Positions 1-8,691 of a DNA stretch of 64,000 bases are shown here, one piece after another; within the stretch, counting starts at the first letter, position 1, and the number at the start of each line of letters is the position of its first letter. This DNA is from Candidatus Limnocylindrales bacterium (GTDB lineage Bacteria; Chloroflexota; Limnocylindria; Limnocylindrales; CSP1-4): positions 36,730 through 100,729 of the forward strand of contig JBBQRZ010000007.1 of assembly GCA_038214255.1 (NCBI GenBank). The letters are read 5' to 3'. Made by a program: the position numbers and the translations under genes. Under the pieces are notes generated by a model. It saw only the letters and a program-made list of their open reading frames with translations, was not told where the DNA came from and did not search any database.

Positions 1-652
1 CTCGACGATTGATGAGCAGCGCCTGCTGGAACCGATGCGCCGCGCAGGCCAGGTCGTGGGTTGTCGCGATCACGGTCTTGCCGGCACGGGCCTCGGCTTC
101 GAGGACGTCCATGAGGTCCTCCTGGGTCGTCGCATCGACCCCGGTGACCGGCTCGTCGAGCAGGTACAGCTCGGGTTCCGCGGCGAGGGCGCGAGCCAGG
201 AACACGCGTCGCCGCTGGCCGCCGGAGAGGGCCCCGATCTGGCGGTCACGGGCATCGCTCATGCCGACCGTCGCCAATGCCCGATCGACGAGGTCATGGT
301 CATGCGGGCCGGGTCGCCGACCGATGCCGATGGCCGTATAGCGACCCATCATCACGACCTCGGCCACGGTGACCGGGAAGGCCCAGTCGACCAACTCGGC
401 CTGCGGGACATAGGCGACCCGGCGGGCGTATCGACCGGGTGGGCCGCCGAGGATCTCCACAGTGCCGGCCCTTGGGGCGATGAGCCCGGCCATGATCTTG
501 AGCAACGTGCTCTTGCCGGCGCCGTTGGGGCCGATGACAGCGAGGAGGGAGCCGCGCCGGATCGACACCGACACACCCGAGAGGGCGACCCGATCGCCGT
601 AGCCGGCATCGACCCCGTCGAGGCGGACGGTGACCTCGTCGGCTATCGCAAT
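1..652 (-). CDS. Metal (Zn/Mn-type) ABC transporter ATP-binding protein; C-terminal end cut by the window edge
   Basis: The minus-strand frame reads VIGPNGAGKSTLLKIMAGL (Walker A), then LSGGQRRRVFLARALAAEPELYLLDEPVTGVD (signature + Walker B), then TVIATTHDL. It is absent from the ORF track because it runs off the window. There is no ATG; start candidates are ATT at 652 or CTG at 679, overlapping the end of the upstream binding-protein gene. Confidence 0.8.
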   Translation of the reverse strand, partial: MAIADEVTVRLDGVDAGYGDRVALSGVSVSIRRGSLLAVIGPNGAGKSTLLKIMAGLIAPRAGTVEILGGPPGRYARRVAYVPQAELVDWAFPVTVAEVVMMGRYTAIGIGRRPGPHDHDLVDRALATVGMSDARDRQIGALSGGQRRRVFLARALAAEPELYLLDEPVTGVDATTQEDLMDVLEAEARAGKTVIATTHDLACAAHRFQQALLINRR

Positions 653-1548
653 GCCTCGACGATCTGCTGCATGTTCCAGCGCATCACTCCGACGTAGGTA
701 TCGGCGGGGGGGGGACCCACCGCATCGTTATACAGGGTCGACACCACCTTGGTGATGCCCGCCTCCCGCGCCAGGGTCTCCGCCAGGGACGGATTGAATT
801 GCGCCTCGGTGAAGACAGCCTTCACGCCGGCCCCCTTGACGGTGTCGACGAGCCTCGCCAGCTCGCCGGCCGACGGCTCCTGGCCGGGGTTGGCGAGGAT
901 CACCCCGATGAGCTCGAACCCGTAGTGCCTGGCGAAATACGGGAACGCGTCGTGGAAGGTCACGAGCTTGCGGTTCGCCGCGGGGATCGTCTGCACCTGG
1001 GTCAGCAGCCCGGCATCGAGCGCCGTCAGGCGTTCCCCGTAGGCCCTGGCGTTGGCCGCGTACGTTGCCCCACCGGCGGCGTCAAGCTCGGTCAGCTTGG
1101 CGGTGATGGCCGGAAGGTAGTACCGCACGACGAGTGATGGATCCAGCCAGAAGTGCGGGTTGGGCTTGCCCTCCACCGTGATCGTGGGGATGCCGTCGCC
1201 GAGGACGAGCTGGGTCGCGTTGCCGCCGCTCGCCGACGCGAGCAGCTTGTCGAGGAAGTCGTCGAGCCCGACGCCGTTGCGCACGATGAGGTTCGCGCCA
1301 TCGACGAGGCGGCTGTCGCTGGGTTTTGGCTCGTAGTCTTCCGGCCCGACGCCCGCCGGGATGATCGACGTCACCGTCGTCCGGGTCCCGCCGACGTTCG
1401 CGACGATGTCGGCGAAGATCGTCGTCGTGGTGACAACCTTGAGGACCGCCGAGCTGTTCGGGCTCGACGAGGCCGGCGTACAGGCCGCGAGCAGAAGGGC
1501 CACCCCGAGGAGGGATACCAGCGCTCCGTGGCTGATATCGAGTCTCAT
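643..1548 (-). CDS. Metal ABC transporter substrate-binding lipoprotein (ZnuA/TroA-like)
   Basis: Lies in track ORF 643..1617. The internal Met at 1548 gives a signal peptide plus lipobox, MRLDISHGALVSLLGVALLLAAC. The body (LKVVTTTTIFADIVANVGG, PHFWLDP, FHDAFPYFARHYG) is typical of metal-binding SBPs. Confidence 0.85.
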   Translation of the reverse strand: MRLDISHGALVSLLGVALLLAACTPASSSPNSSAVLKVVTTTTIFADIVANVGGTRTTVTSIIPAGVGPEDYEPKPSDSRLVDGANLIVRNGVGLDDFLDKLLASASGGNATQLVLGDGIPTITVEGKPNPHFWLDPSLVVRYYLPAITAKLTELDAAGGATYAANARAYGERLTALDAGLLTQVQTIPAANRKLVTFHDAFPYFARHYGFELIGVILANPGQEPSAGELARLVDTVKGAGVKAVFTEAQFNPSLAETLAREAGITKVVSTLYNDAVGPPPADTYVGVMRWNMQQIVEALR

Positions 1549-1592
1549 CCCCGGCGCGATCGATTCATGTGCCGGATCTCCTTGGGCTGGGG

Positions 1593-2090
1593 CTAGTTGA
1601 CCCGGCAGTTCGGGCACAGCCCGAACAACTCGAGGCGGTGGTCGTCGATGCGATAGCCGGTCGTCCGCTCGAGGTCGCGGACGACGTTGCGAAGGCCGGC
1701 GTCCGCGACATCGCGGCTACGGCCGCATCGCGAACAAACGACGTGGTGGTGATGGGCCGCTTCGCAAGCGACGTAGGCGTGGTCGCCGCTTGGCAGATCG
1801 AGCCGCTCGACCGCGCCGAGGCTGGCGAGGACGTCCAGGGTTCGGAAGATCGTGGCGCGCCCGATCCCGAGCCGTTGCGTGCGCGCCTCGGCCACCAGGT
1901 CGGCCGCGGAGAAATGGGCCGCCTGATCGGCGATCAATCGAGCAACGGCGCGCCGGGGCTCCGTCAGGCGGTAGCCCTCGCGTTCGAGCGCGACGAGGAG
2001 CGGATTGGCATCGACCACGGGCGGACGATACCAGTGGCGACGGGGTTTGTCGAGACCGAGTCTCAGGTAGACCTCAAACGGTCGTCGCAC
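1593..2090 (-). CDS. Fur-family metalloregulator (Zur-like by context)
   Basis: Shows a winged-helix region (RATIFRTLDVLASLGAVERL) and a CxxC...CxxC pair (HHHHVVCSRCG ... FGLCPNC). It sits directly upstream of znuA-like/znuC-like on the same strand. A GTG at 2018 would give a more typical ~141 aa protein. Confidence 0.8.
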   Translation of the reverse strand: MRRPFEVYLRLGLDKPRRHWYRPPVVDANPLLVALEREGYRLTEPRRAVARLIADQAAHFSAADLVAEARTQRLGIGRATIFRTLDVLASLGAVERLDLPSGDHAYVACEAAHHHHVVCSRCGRSRDVADAGLRNVVRDLERTTGYRIDDHRLELFGLCPNCRVN

Positions 2091-2213
2091 GACGCCGCGC
2101 GCCGCCCATGTCGGGCGTACTGCCCCGATGGAACCATCGTCCCGCTGGAATCTGCACCTGAGCCGCGCAAACTGACCCGCAAGTCGGGCGCGGCCCGGCG
2201 CTCAGAGGACCGC

Positions 2214-2999
2214 ATGGCCATCCAGATCCTGCGCGGCAAGGCCGGCCGTGCCGTCACGGGCCCGGCGCCCGAGCCGGTCGCCATCGGCGAGGACGACTCG
2301 GAGATCTTCAGCTGTCCAACGTGCGAACGACCGCTGGCGACCGGCGTATCCCGCTGCCCGGGTTGCCGGACCCATCTCGTCAGAGGCGTCCCACTGAGGC
2401 GCGTCGTGGCGCGCGGCGGGCTGGCCCTGATCATCGCGCTGGCGATCGGTGGTGGCGTGATCGGGGCGGTCATCCTGATCCAGAACGTCGTGGCCGGCGG
2501 CCTGCCCCCGACCTCGGCATCGGCCTCCGCCGGTGGCGCGGCACCGGTTGCCACGGTCGACCCGGCCGTGCCGATGCGCGCCCGGTCGGGGCTTCACCAG
2601 ACCTCGCTCATCAACCAGCGACTCGCGAACGACGCCGGGAAGCTCGCGGTGGCCCTGGCCGCCCGCCAGCCGGTCGCGGCCGACATCGCCCACGCCTTGC
2701 GGACCATCGCGGCGGACGCCACGTTCGGCGCGAGCGTCGCCCGCGACGTGGCCGCTTGGCCGGACGGCGCCGCGCTGTCGGAGAAACTGGCGGCGTTCTA
2801 CGACTCGGTTGGAGCGTCGGCCGTCAGGGGGCTCGATGCGTCGATCACGAACCGGGCGGCGTACATGACGGCCGGGCGGCGGATGCTGGTCGTCGTCGGC
2901 GAGCTCCGCGCGATCGACGCCGCCTCGCAAGCGCTTGCCGCGAGCATCCATTTCGCGCTCGATCCGGTGACCCTGCCAAGGAGCGTCGCCCGTCCCTGA
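2214..2999 (+). CDS. Hypothetical membrane-anchored protein with N-terminal zinc-ribbon (CPTC...CPGC)
   Basis: Uses the internal ATG at 2214, preceded by an AGAGGA Shine-Dalgarno. The upstream part of track ORF 1569..2999 is antisense to the Fur gene. One TM helix (LALIIALAIGGGVIGAVILI). Confidence 0.55.
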   Translation: MAIQILRGKAGRAVTGPAPEPVAIGEDDSEIFSCPTCERPLATGVSRCPGCRTHLVRGVPLRRVVARGGLALIIALAIGGGVIGAVILIQNVVAGGLPPTSASASAGGAAPVATVDPAVPMRARSGLHQTSLINQRLANDAGKLAVALAARQPVAADIAHALRTIAADATFGASVARDVAAWPDGAALSEKLAAFYDSVGASAVRGLDASITNRAAYMTAGRRMLVVVGELRAIDAASQALAASIHFALDPVTLPRSVARP

Positions 3000-3011
3000 C
3001 CGAGTCGACGG

Positions 3012-4238
3012 TCAGCGGCTTGCCGTCGTCGACGCGTAGCCCGTCAGCTCCACGTAGGCCTCCCCACCGAGCACCCGGCCCGCCCGAGTGGCTTTCACGT
3101 GCTGCGAGCCTTCCCAGTACACGACGCCCGTCGTCGCGCGCGTATCGAGCTCCTGGTCGGCAACCGTTGGCGTGAGCTTGATCTCGAGTGCCTCGCTCGG
3201 GATCCGGACCGTCCAGCCCGCCGGATAGTCCGCGCCGGACCGCGCGCTGGTCCACTGGCTCGTGACGGCGACGGTGAAGGCGGCGCGGTCGAGGTTACGG
3301 CTCGTCCCGCCCGCATCTACGACCGTCCCGTAGACCAGGGGATAGCTCCCGTCCGCGTCGCGCACGAGGGACAGCGTCAGGTCGGTGCCGTCGTCGAGGT
3401 TGACGGCGAACCAGTCCCAGCCGCCACCGCCGACGCTGATGAAGTCGCCCCATTGGTGATCGAACCACGCCTCGCCCGTGACCGTCAGCGCGCGGCCGTC
3501 GAGATCCAATGAGCCCGTCGCCGCCATCGCGGTGCGGGAGTAGTAATACGAGCCGCCGGCCGGGCCGAAGTCGATCCAGCCGTCGCGGTCGTGGAGGGCC
3601 GGCGGCTTCGTCGCGCGCAGATCGAGCGTCAGACCCAGGCCGCCCCGTGCGCCGGCCGCTGCCGCCTCGTCGGGGGCCATCGCGGCGACCAGCCGGTCCG
3701 TGCCGCCGCTTCCCGCCATCTTCCAGGCCGACCGGTCGAACGTCGCGGGATCGGTCGGGTCGATCCCCGACAGCCCAAGGTCGAAGCCTGTCGGCTGGCC
3801 GGTAGCGTCGCGCGGTGAGACGTCCACCTGGCCGCCGACTTCGAAGCGCTGGCCGTAGTGAAACTGGTGCCCAGTCTCGTCGGTGATCGCCAGGTGCGAC
3901 GCCCAGGTCGTCGGGAAGCGGCCCCGTTCGGCCCGGAACACGACGTACTCGAAGCCGAAGCGCTGCCCGTCGTCCGAGTGCAGATGGCCCGTGTAGTACC
4001 ACCATTCGGTGAGCCGGTGATGCGGTCCGTCGTCGCGCGGCAGGACGATCGGGACGGGATCGGCAAGCGCGGCCTGGGGTGGTGCGGTCGCCCCGGGGGT
4101 CGGCGCCGGGGCCGTCGGGTTGGCGAGGATCGGACCGCCGCCCGCCGTGCAGGCGGCCGACACGACGAGCGCGACGACCGCGCCCGCCAGGTGCCGCCCG
4201 CGGAGCCCGCGATCCCGGCCAGAGGGCGCCGGGCTCAT
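3012..4238 (-). CDS. AttH/CrtC-like (hydroxyneurosporene-synthase fold, lipocalin-like) lipoprotein
   Basis: TEWWYYTGHL...FGFEYVVFR...WFDHQWGDF matches my recollection of the AttH/CrtC family. The Met at 4238 gives a lipoprotein signal (AVVALVVSAAC). Its ATG overlaps the upstream MMPL stop (ATGA at 4235-4238). Confidence 0.75.
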   Translation of the reverse strand: MSPAPSGRDRGLRGRHLAGAVVALVVSAACTAGGGPILANPTAPAPTPGATAPPQAALADPVPIVLPRDDGPHHRLTEWWYYTGHLHSDDGQRFGFEYVVFRAERGRFPTTWASHLAITDETGHQFHYGQRFEVGGQVDVSPRDATGQPTGFDLGLSGIDPTDPATFDRSAWKMAGSGGTDRLVAAMAPDEAAAAGARGGLGLTLDLRATKPPALHDRDGWIDFGPAGGSYYYSRTAMAATGSLDLDGRALTVTGEAWFDHQWGDFISVGGGGWDWFAVNLDDGTDLTLSLVRDADGSYPLVYGTVVDAGGTSRNLDRAAFTVAVTSQWTSARSGADYPAGWTVRIPSEALEIKLTPTVADQELDTRATTGVVYWEGSQHVKATRAGRVLGGEAYVELTGYASTTASR

Positions 4239-6562
4239 CGGGTCGCGGCCTCGGACGCCGCCTCGGATGCGGGCAGACGATCTCCGACGAGGCGCTCCAG
4301 GACCGCCGGCATCCACCAGTTCCAGCGCCCGAGCAGGCGCATCGATGCGGGGACCAGCAACGCCCGGACGACGGTCGCATCGAGCGCCACGGCGATCGCC
4401 ACCCCGAGGCCGAGCGCCTTGATGAGGACGATGTCGGCGAACGCGAACGAGCCCGCGACGAGGACGACGATCAGTGCCGCCGACGTGACGATCCGGCCGC
4501 TCCGCTCGAGCCCGCGGGCGACGGCCTCGGTGTTGTCGCGGGTCCGGTCCCAGACCTCCTTCATCCTCGTGAGGAGGAAGACTTCGTAGTCCATCGAGAG
4601 CCCGAACAGGACGCAGAACAGGATGACCGGCTGGGTCGTTTCCACGAAACCGAGCGGGGTGAACCCGAGGAGGGCCGGCAGGTTGCCGTCCTGGAAGATC
4701 CAGACCAGGGCGCCGAAGCTCGCCATGATCGAGAGCGCGTTCATGACCAGCGCCTTCGCCGGCAGGATCACCGAGCGCAGGAGGGCGAACAGCACGAGGT
4801 ACGTGGCGACGAAGATGAACAGGGCGGTCCGCGGGAAGTCCGCGGCGACCCGGTCGACGACGTCCGTCACGTCCGCCGCGCCACCCCCGATCAGCACCGT
4901 GACCCCCGGTGGCGGCGCGAACGGGCCGCTCGGATCCCGCAGTTCCCCGACCAGTCCCCGACCTTCGAGGCGGTTCGGCCCGAACGGCGTGTACACCGTG
5001 AATGCCGTGAGGTTGCCGCGGGTCGTTGCCGCCAGGGCAGCCGCGACGAACCGGTCGCGCGGGCCGTTGGGATCGCGATAGAGCAGCTGGTACTGGGCGA
5101 GGGTCAGGCGCGGGTCCACGTCGACCAAGCTCTCGACCCGTGAGACCCGGGGGTCCGCCGCGAGTCGGCGCGAGTAGTCATAGAGGCGGGCCACGTTGGC
5201 CGCATCGGTCACCGGTCCGCCGGTTCGGACGGCGAGCGTGAGCGGGGCGAACTCTCCCTCGCCGAAATCGGCCTTCAGGTGATCGAACGCGGCCCGCGAC
5301 GGCACGTCCGGCGGCAGGATGCTGGCGTCGGGGGCGTTGAAGCGGACGTGCAGGAACGGCGACCCGAGGACGAGCAGGAACGCGAGCGTCGGGACGAGGA
5401 CGGCGACCGGATGGGCCATGACCCGTCGGGCGAGCCGCGCCCACGATCCCTCGCCAGGTGGTCGCACAGTGACCCGGCGGACGGCCAGCCGATCCAGCCG
5501 CGGGCCGATGACCGTGAGGATCGCGGGCAGCAGCGTCAGGGCGGCCGCGACTGCGAGACCCACGACGATCGCCCCGGCGATCCCGACGGAACGCAGGATC
5601 ATGAACTCGAAGAGGACGAGCCCGATGAGTCCCAACAGGACGGTCAGGCCGCTGAAGAACACGGCACGTCCGGCCGTGGCCACGGTCAGGCGTACCGCGG
5701 TGGCGACCGCCTCGTCGACGGGTTGGTCGTGGCGGGCCGCCAGCTCCTCGCGGAAGCGGCTGGTCATCAGCAACGAGTAGTCCACCCCCAACCCGAGGCC
5801 GAGCAGCGTCGCGAGGTTGAGCACGAAGATGCTCATCGGCGTGACCGACGCGATGAGGAAGACGGCGGCGAGCGCGACCACGACGGACGCTCCACCGACG
5901 ACGAGCGGCACACCGGCCGCGACGACCGATCCGAACACGAACAGCAGCGCGATGGCGGCGAGCGGCAGCGAGATGACTTCGCTGCGCTGCAGGTCATGTT
6001 CCGAGACGGTCTGGACGTCGCCATAGAAGGCCGGGCCACCCGCGAGCTCGACGCCGAGGCCGGGCGCCGGTCGCAGTCGCTCGCGCAGGATCGGCAGGGC
6101 CTTCGGGGAATCGTCGGGCGGCAGGTCGAGGAGGACGAGGTCGTAGGCGGTGTGCCGGTCGGCTGAGACCTGGCGCGGCTGGAGCAGGTGCGAGACGACC
6201 CGCGCGACGTGCGGGGCTCCGCCGACGTCGCGGATGGCGTCGGCCGCGGCCAGCTCGAACGCCGGCGTGCCTGCCTCGAGGGTCGGGCTCGAGAAGACGA
6301 TGACGAGCGCCGACGGCGGCGCGCCGAGCTCCTTCCCGAGGGTCGCCTTCGCCCGCGCGGATTCGAGATCGTCGAGGATGAATCCGCCCGCCCGCAGGGC
6401 GCTCGGCGCCTGCGGCGCCAACGGCACGGCAAGGAGGATCAGCACCGCCCATGCGCCGATCACCCAGCGCGCGCGGCGCACGACGAACCGGCCGAGGCGT
6501 TCGAAGGGGGTCACCGCGCCGTCATCGTAGCGGCGATGGCGCCTCGGGGCCCGCACCCTCAT
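4235..6562 (-). CDS. MMPL-family (RND superfamily) membrane transporter
   Basis: 775 aa with two blocks of multiple TM helices separated by soluble loops. GLGVDYSLLMTSRFREE and GLSMDYEVFLLTRMKE are the duplicated MMPL motifs. Confidence 0.9.
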   Translation of the reverse strand: MRVRAPRRHRRYDDGAVTPFERLGRFVVRRARWVIGAWAVLILLAVPLAPQAPSALRAGGFILDDLESARAKATLGKELGAPPSALVIVFSSPTLEAGTPAFELAAADAIRDVGGAPHVARVVSHLLQPRQVSADRHTAYDLVLLDLPPDDSPKALPILRERLRPAPGLGVELAGGPAFYGDVQTVSEHDLQRSEVISLPLAAIALLFVFGSVVAAGVPLVVGGASVVVALAAVFLIASVTPMSIFVLNLATLLGLGLGVDYSLLMTSRFREELAARHDQPVDEAVATAVRLTVATAGRAVFFSGLTVLLGLIGLVLFEFMILRSVGIAGAIVVGLAVAAALTLLPAILTVIGPRLDRLAVRRVTVRPPGEGSWARLARRVMAHPVAVLVPTLAFLLVLGSPFLHVRFNAPDASILPPDVPSRAAFDHLKADFGEGEFAPLTLAVRTGGPVTDAANVARLYDYSRRLAADPRVSRVESLVDVDPRLTLAQYQLLYRDPNGPRDRFVAAALAATTRGNLTAFTVYTPFGPNRLEGRGLVGELRDPSGPFAPPPGVTVLIGGGAADVTDVVDRVAADFPRTALFIFVATYLVLFALLRSVILPAKALVMNALSIMASFGALVWIFQDGNLPALLGFTPLGFVETTQPVILFCVLFGLSMDYEVFLLTRMKEVWDRTRDNTEAVARGLERSGRIVTSAALIVVLVAGSFAFADIVLIKALGLGVAIAVALDATVVRALLVPASMRLLGRWNWWMPAVLERLVGDRLPASEAASEAATR

Positions 6563-6608
6563 CTGCTAGCATCTCGACGTCGAACGAGCCCACCCTGGAG
6601 AGGCCCTC

Positions 6609-6941
6609 GTGAACCTGTTGCTGGCGCCGTTCAGCCACTTCCCGGAGTCGTTCGTCGCGTTCGCGGTGGCGGGCGGGGTCGCGTTCCTCATGATCGTCGT
6701 GGTGCTGAAGTCGGCCCTCTCGACCGAGCGTGGCGCGCGCTGGGTCAAGCGAATCACCAACCCGAACGCGAAGTACCTCTTCACGATGCTGTTCATCGTC
6801 TGGGCGCTCGTGTTCGGCATCGGGCTGCAGATCGTGCCGCACGTCGGGGCGAGCTCGCCCTACGGCGCGATGGGCCTGATCGCGCTGTTCACCGGCTTCT
6901 TCATCATGATGGGCTTCCTCTGGTCGGTGATCGGGGAGTAA
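6609..6941 (+). CDS. Small hypothetical membrane protein (3 predicted TM helices)
   Basis: GTG start preceded by GGAGAGG. The hydrophobic segments look like real protein. This stretch is visibly less GC-rich than its neighbours. Confidence 0.6.
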   Translation: MNLLLAPFSHFPESFVAFAVAGGVAFLMIVVVLKSALSTERGARWVKRITNPNAKYLFTMLFIVWALVFGIGLQIVPHVGASSPYGAMGLIALFTGFFIMMGFLWSVIGE

Positions 6942-7056
6942 GCGGGGGCCGGCGAAGGCGACCGATCCATCCATCCCGATGAACCCAACGGGGGCGGCTT
7001 CGGTCTTGTAAGCCGGACCTTCGGACGCTGGACCCGCCCGACGGGGTGGCGCTATC

Positions 7057-8691
7057 ATGCGCCAACATTCAGTCTGCATAAATCCTATGCATCCGGAGGC
7101 CCCTCGGTTGGACGCCCAGGAGATCAAGACCGCCGTCGCCCATCAGGAGGCAGCGCGCGTCGCCGCCGAGGCTCCGTTCGTCAATGCCGCCGACCCGGCG
7201 CGCGTGCTCGGCCCCGACGGGAAGCCGGCGGTCAGCCGCCGCGCCCCGCTGTGGGAGGACATCCCCGACGCGCAGTGGAACGACTGGCGCTGGCAGCTCT
7301 CGCATCGGGTCAACGACCTCGAGGAGATCGAGCAGGTCCTCGAGCTCACCGACGAGGAGCGCGAGGGGCTCTCGGCCGACGACAAGTTCCGCGTCGACAT
7401 CACGCCGTACTTCATCAGCCTGATCGACCCGAAGGATCCGGACGACCCGATCCGCCGCCAGGTCATCCCGCTCGGTCGAGAGCAGGAGGCCTTCACGGCG
7501 ATGATGGAGGACTCCCTCGCCGAGGACCGACACTCCCCGGTGCCCGGCCTCGTCCACCGCTACCCGGACCGCGTGCTCATGCTCGTGACGACGCAATGCG
7601 CGTCCTACTGCCGGTATTGCACGCGGTCGCGGATCGTCGGCGACCCGACCCAGAACTTCAACAGCCGCGACCACGAGGCCCAGCTCGAGTACCTGCGCCG
7701 GACGCCCCAGATCCGCGACGTCCTGATCTCCGGCGGCGATGGGCTGACGCTCGCCCCCAAGCTGTTCGAGAAGATCCTGCGCGGCCTGCGCGAGATCCCG
7801 CACATCGAGATCATCCGGATCGGGAGCCGCGTGCCGGTCTTCCTGCCGCAACGGATCGACGACGAGCTGTGCGAGGTGCTCGAGAAGTACCACCCGCTCT
7901 GGATCAACCTCCACTTCAACCATCCCAACGAGATCACGCCCGAGGTCTCGCGCGCGGTCGACAAGCTGACCAAGGCCGGGCTCCCGGTCGGGAACCAGAG
8001 CGTGCTGCTCGCCGGGGTGAACGACTGCGTGCACATCCAGCGCGCGCTCGTCCACAAGCTCGTGGCCAACCGGATCCGGCCGTACTACCTCTACCAGTGC
8101 GACCTGGTCGAGGGTTCCGGGCACTTCCGGACGCCCGTCGGCAAGGGCCTCGAGATCATGGAGGGGCTGCGCGGCCACACCTCCGGCTACGCCGTGCCGA
8201 CCTACGTCATCGATGCGCCCGGCGGCGGCGGCAAGATCCCGGTCATGCCGAACTACCTCATCTCGTATTCGGACCACAAGGTCGTGCTGCGCAACTACGA
8301 GGGCTACATCACGACCTACGAGGAGCCCGAGACGTACCGCAAGCACGACTCCGCCGCGTGCTCGTACTGCCAGGACGGGCGACCCGAGCCGGGCCAGTCC
8401 GGGGTCCTCGGCCTGCTCGAGGGCGAGCGGATGTGGATCGAACCCAAGGGCTTCAGCGAGATCCACACCCGCGGCAACACCGAGGCCCACCGCCTCCAGG
8501 ACCCGTCCAAGTGGGTCCCGTACGGCGTCGGGGCGATCGAGGGCACGGCCGGCGCCCCGCTGCGGGTGCTCGAACCGGGCGAGGCGGCCACGAACGGGGA
8601 GCCGTCCGCCGCGCCGGCGTACGGCCCGGGCGAGGAGCCCCGTCCGCGCGAGGGGGAGCCGACTGCGTCGGCCCACGGGGAATTGCTCTAG
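7057..8691 (+). CDS. kamA: Lysine 2,3-aminomutase (radical SAM, KamA/AblA type) with a ~100 aa C-terminal extension
   Basis: CASYCRYCTRS radical-SAM cluster motif, WNDWRWQL, HRYPDRVLMLVT and GGDGL blocks. The start is uncertain: in-frame ATG at 7057, ATG at 7087, or TTG at 7108. The TTG is preceded by GGAGG at 7095-7099. Confidence 0.9.
   Translation: MRQHSVCINPMHPEAPRLDAQEIKTAVAHQEAARVAAEAPFVNAADPARVLGPDGKPAVSRRAPLWEDIPDAQWNDWRWQLSHRVNDLEEIEQVLELTDEEREGLSADDKFRVDITPYFISLIDPKDPDDPIRRQVIPLGREQEAFTAMMEDSLAEDRHSPVPGLVHRYPDRVLMLVTTQCASYCRYCTRSRIVGDPTQNFNSRDHEAQLEYLRRTPQIRDVLISGGDGLTLAPKLFEKILRGLREIPHIEIIRIGSRVPVFLPQRIDDELCEVLEKYHPLWINLHFNHPNEITPEVSRAVDKLTKAGLPVGNQSVLLAGVNDCVHIQRALVHKLVANRIRPYYLYQCDLVEGSGHFRTPVGKGLEIMEGLRGHTSGYAVPTYVIDAPGGGGKIPVMPNYLISYSDHKVVLRNYEGYITTYEEPETYRKHDSAACSYCQDGRPEPGQSGVLGLLEGERMWIEPKGFSEIHTRGNTEAHRLQDPSKWVPYGVGAIEGTAGAPLRVLEPGEAATNGEPSAAPAYGPGEEPRPREGEPTASAHGELL
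7075..7091. promoter_or_regulatory. AT-rich palindrome TGCATA-N5-TATGCA overlapping an extended -10-like TGcATAAAT at the kamA 5' end
   Basis: Read directly: tgcata aatcc tatgca. It lies in a short low-GC island (about 7050-7095) within otherwise GC-rich DNA. Confidence 0.35.

Noticed and set aside
2019-2213. Zur box upstream of the Fur-family gene. Candidates were GAGAC-cga-GTCTC at 2052-2064 and GATGG-aa-CCATC further upstream.
   Set aside because: Neither resembles the AT-rich TGAAAATGATTTTCA-type Zur/Fur boxes I know. They are short GC-rich palindromes of the kind expected by chance, and the first may lie inside the coding region if the ATG at 2090 is used.
7069-8676. 535-aa minus-strand ORF, plus the 611-aa plus-strand ORF 7251..9086, both overlapping kamA.
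   Set aside because: Both are alternative frames of the lysine 2,3-aminomutase gene, whose own frame carries the CxxxCxxC radical-SAM motif. Their translations are low complexity (R/G/P/A/D).
8688-8691. Convergent kamA and S41 peptidase genes share overlapping stop codons (CTAG).
   Set aside because: This is a real feature of the sequence, but it is a trivial consequence of tight packing. No terminator or regulatory implication can be supported.
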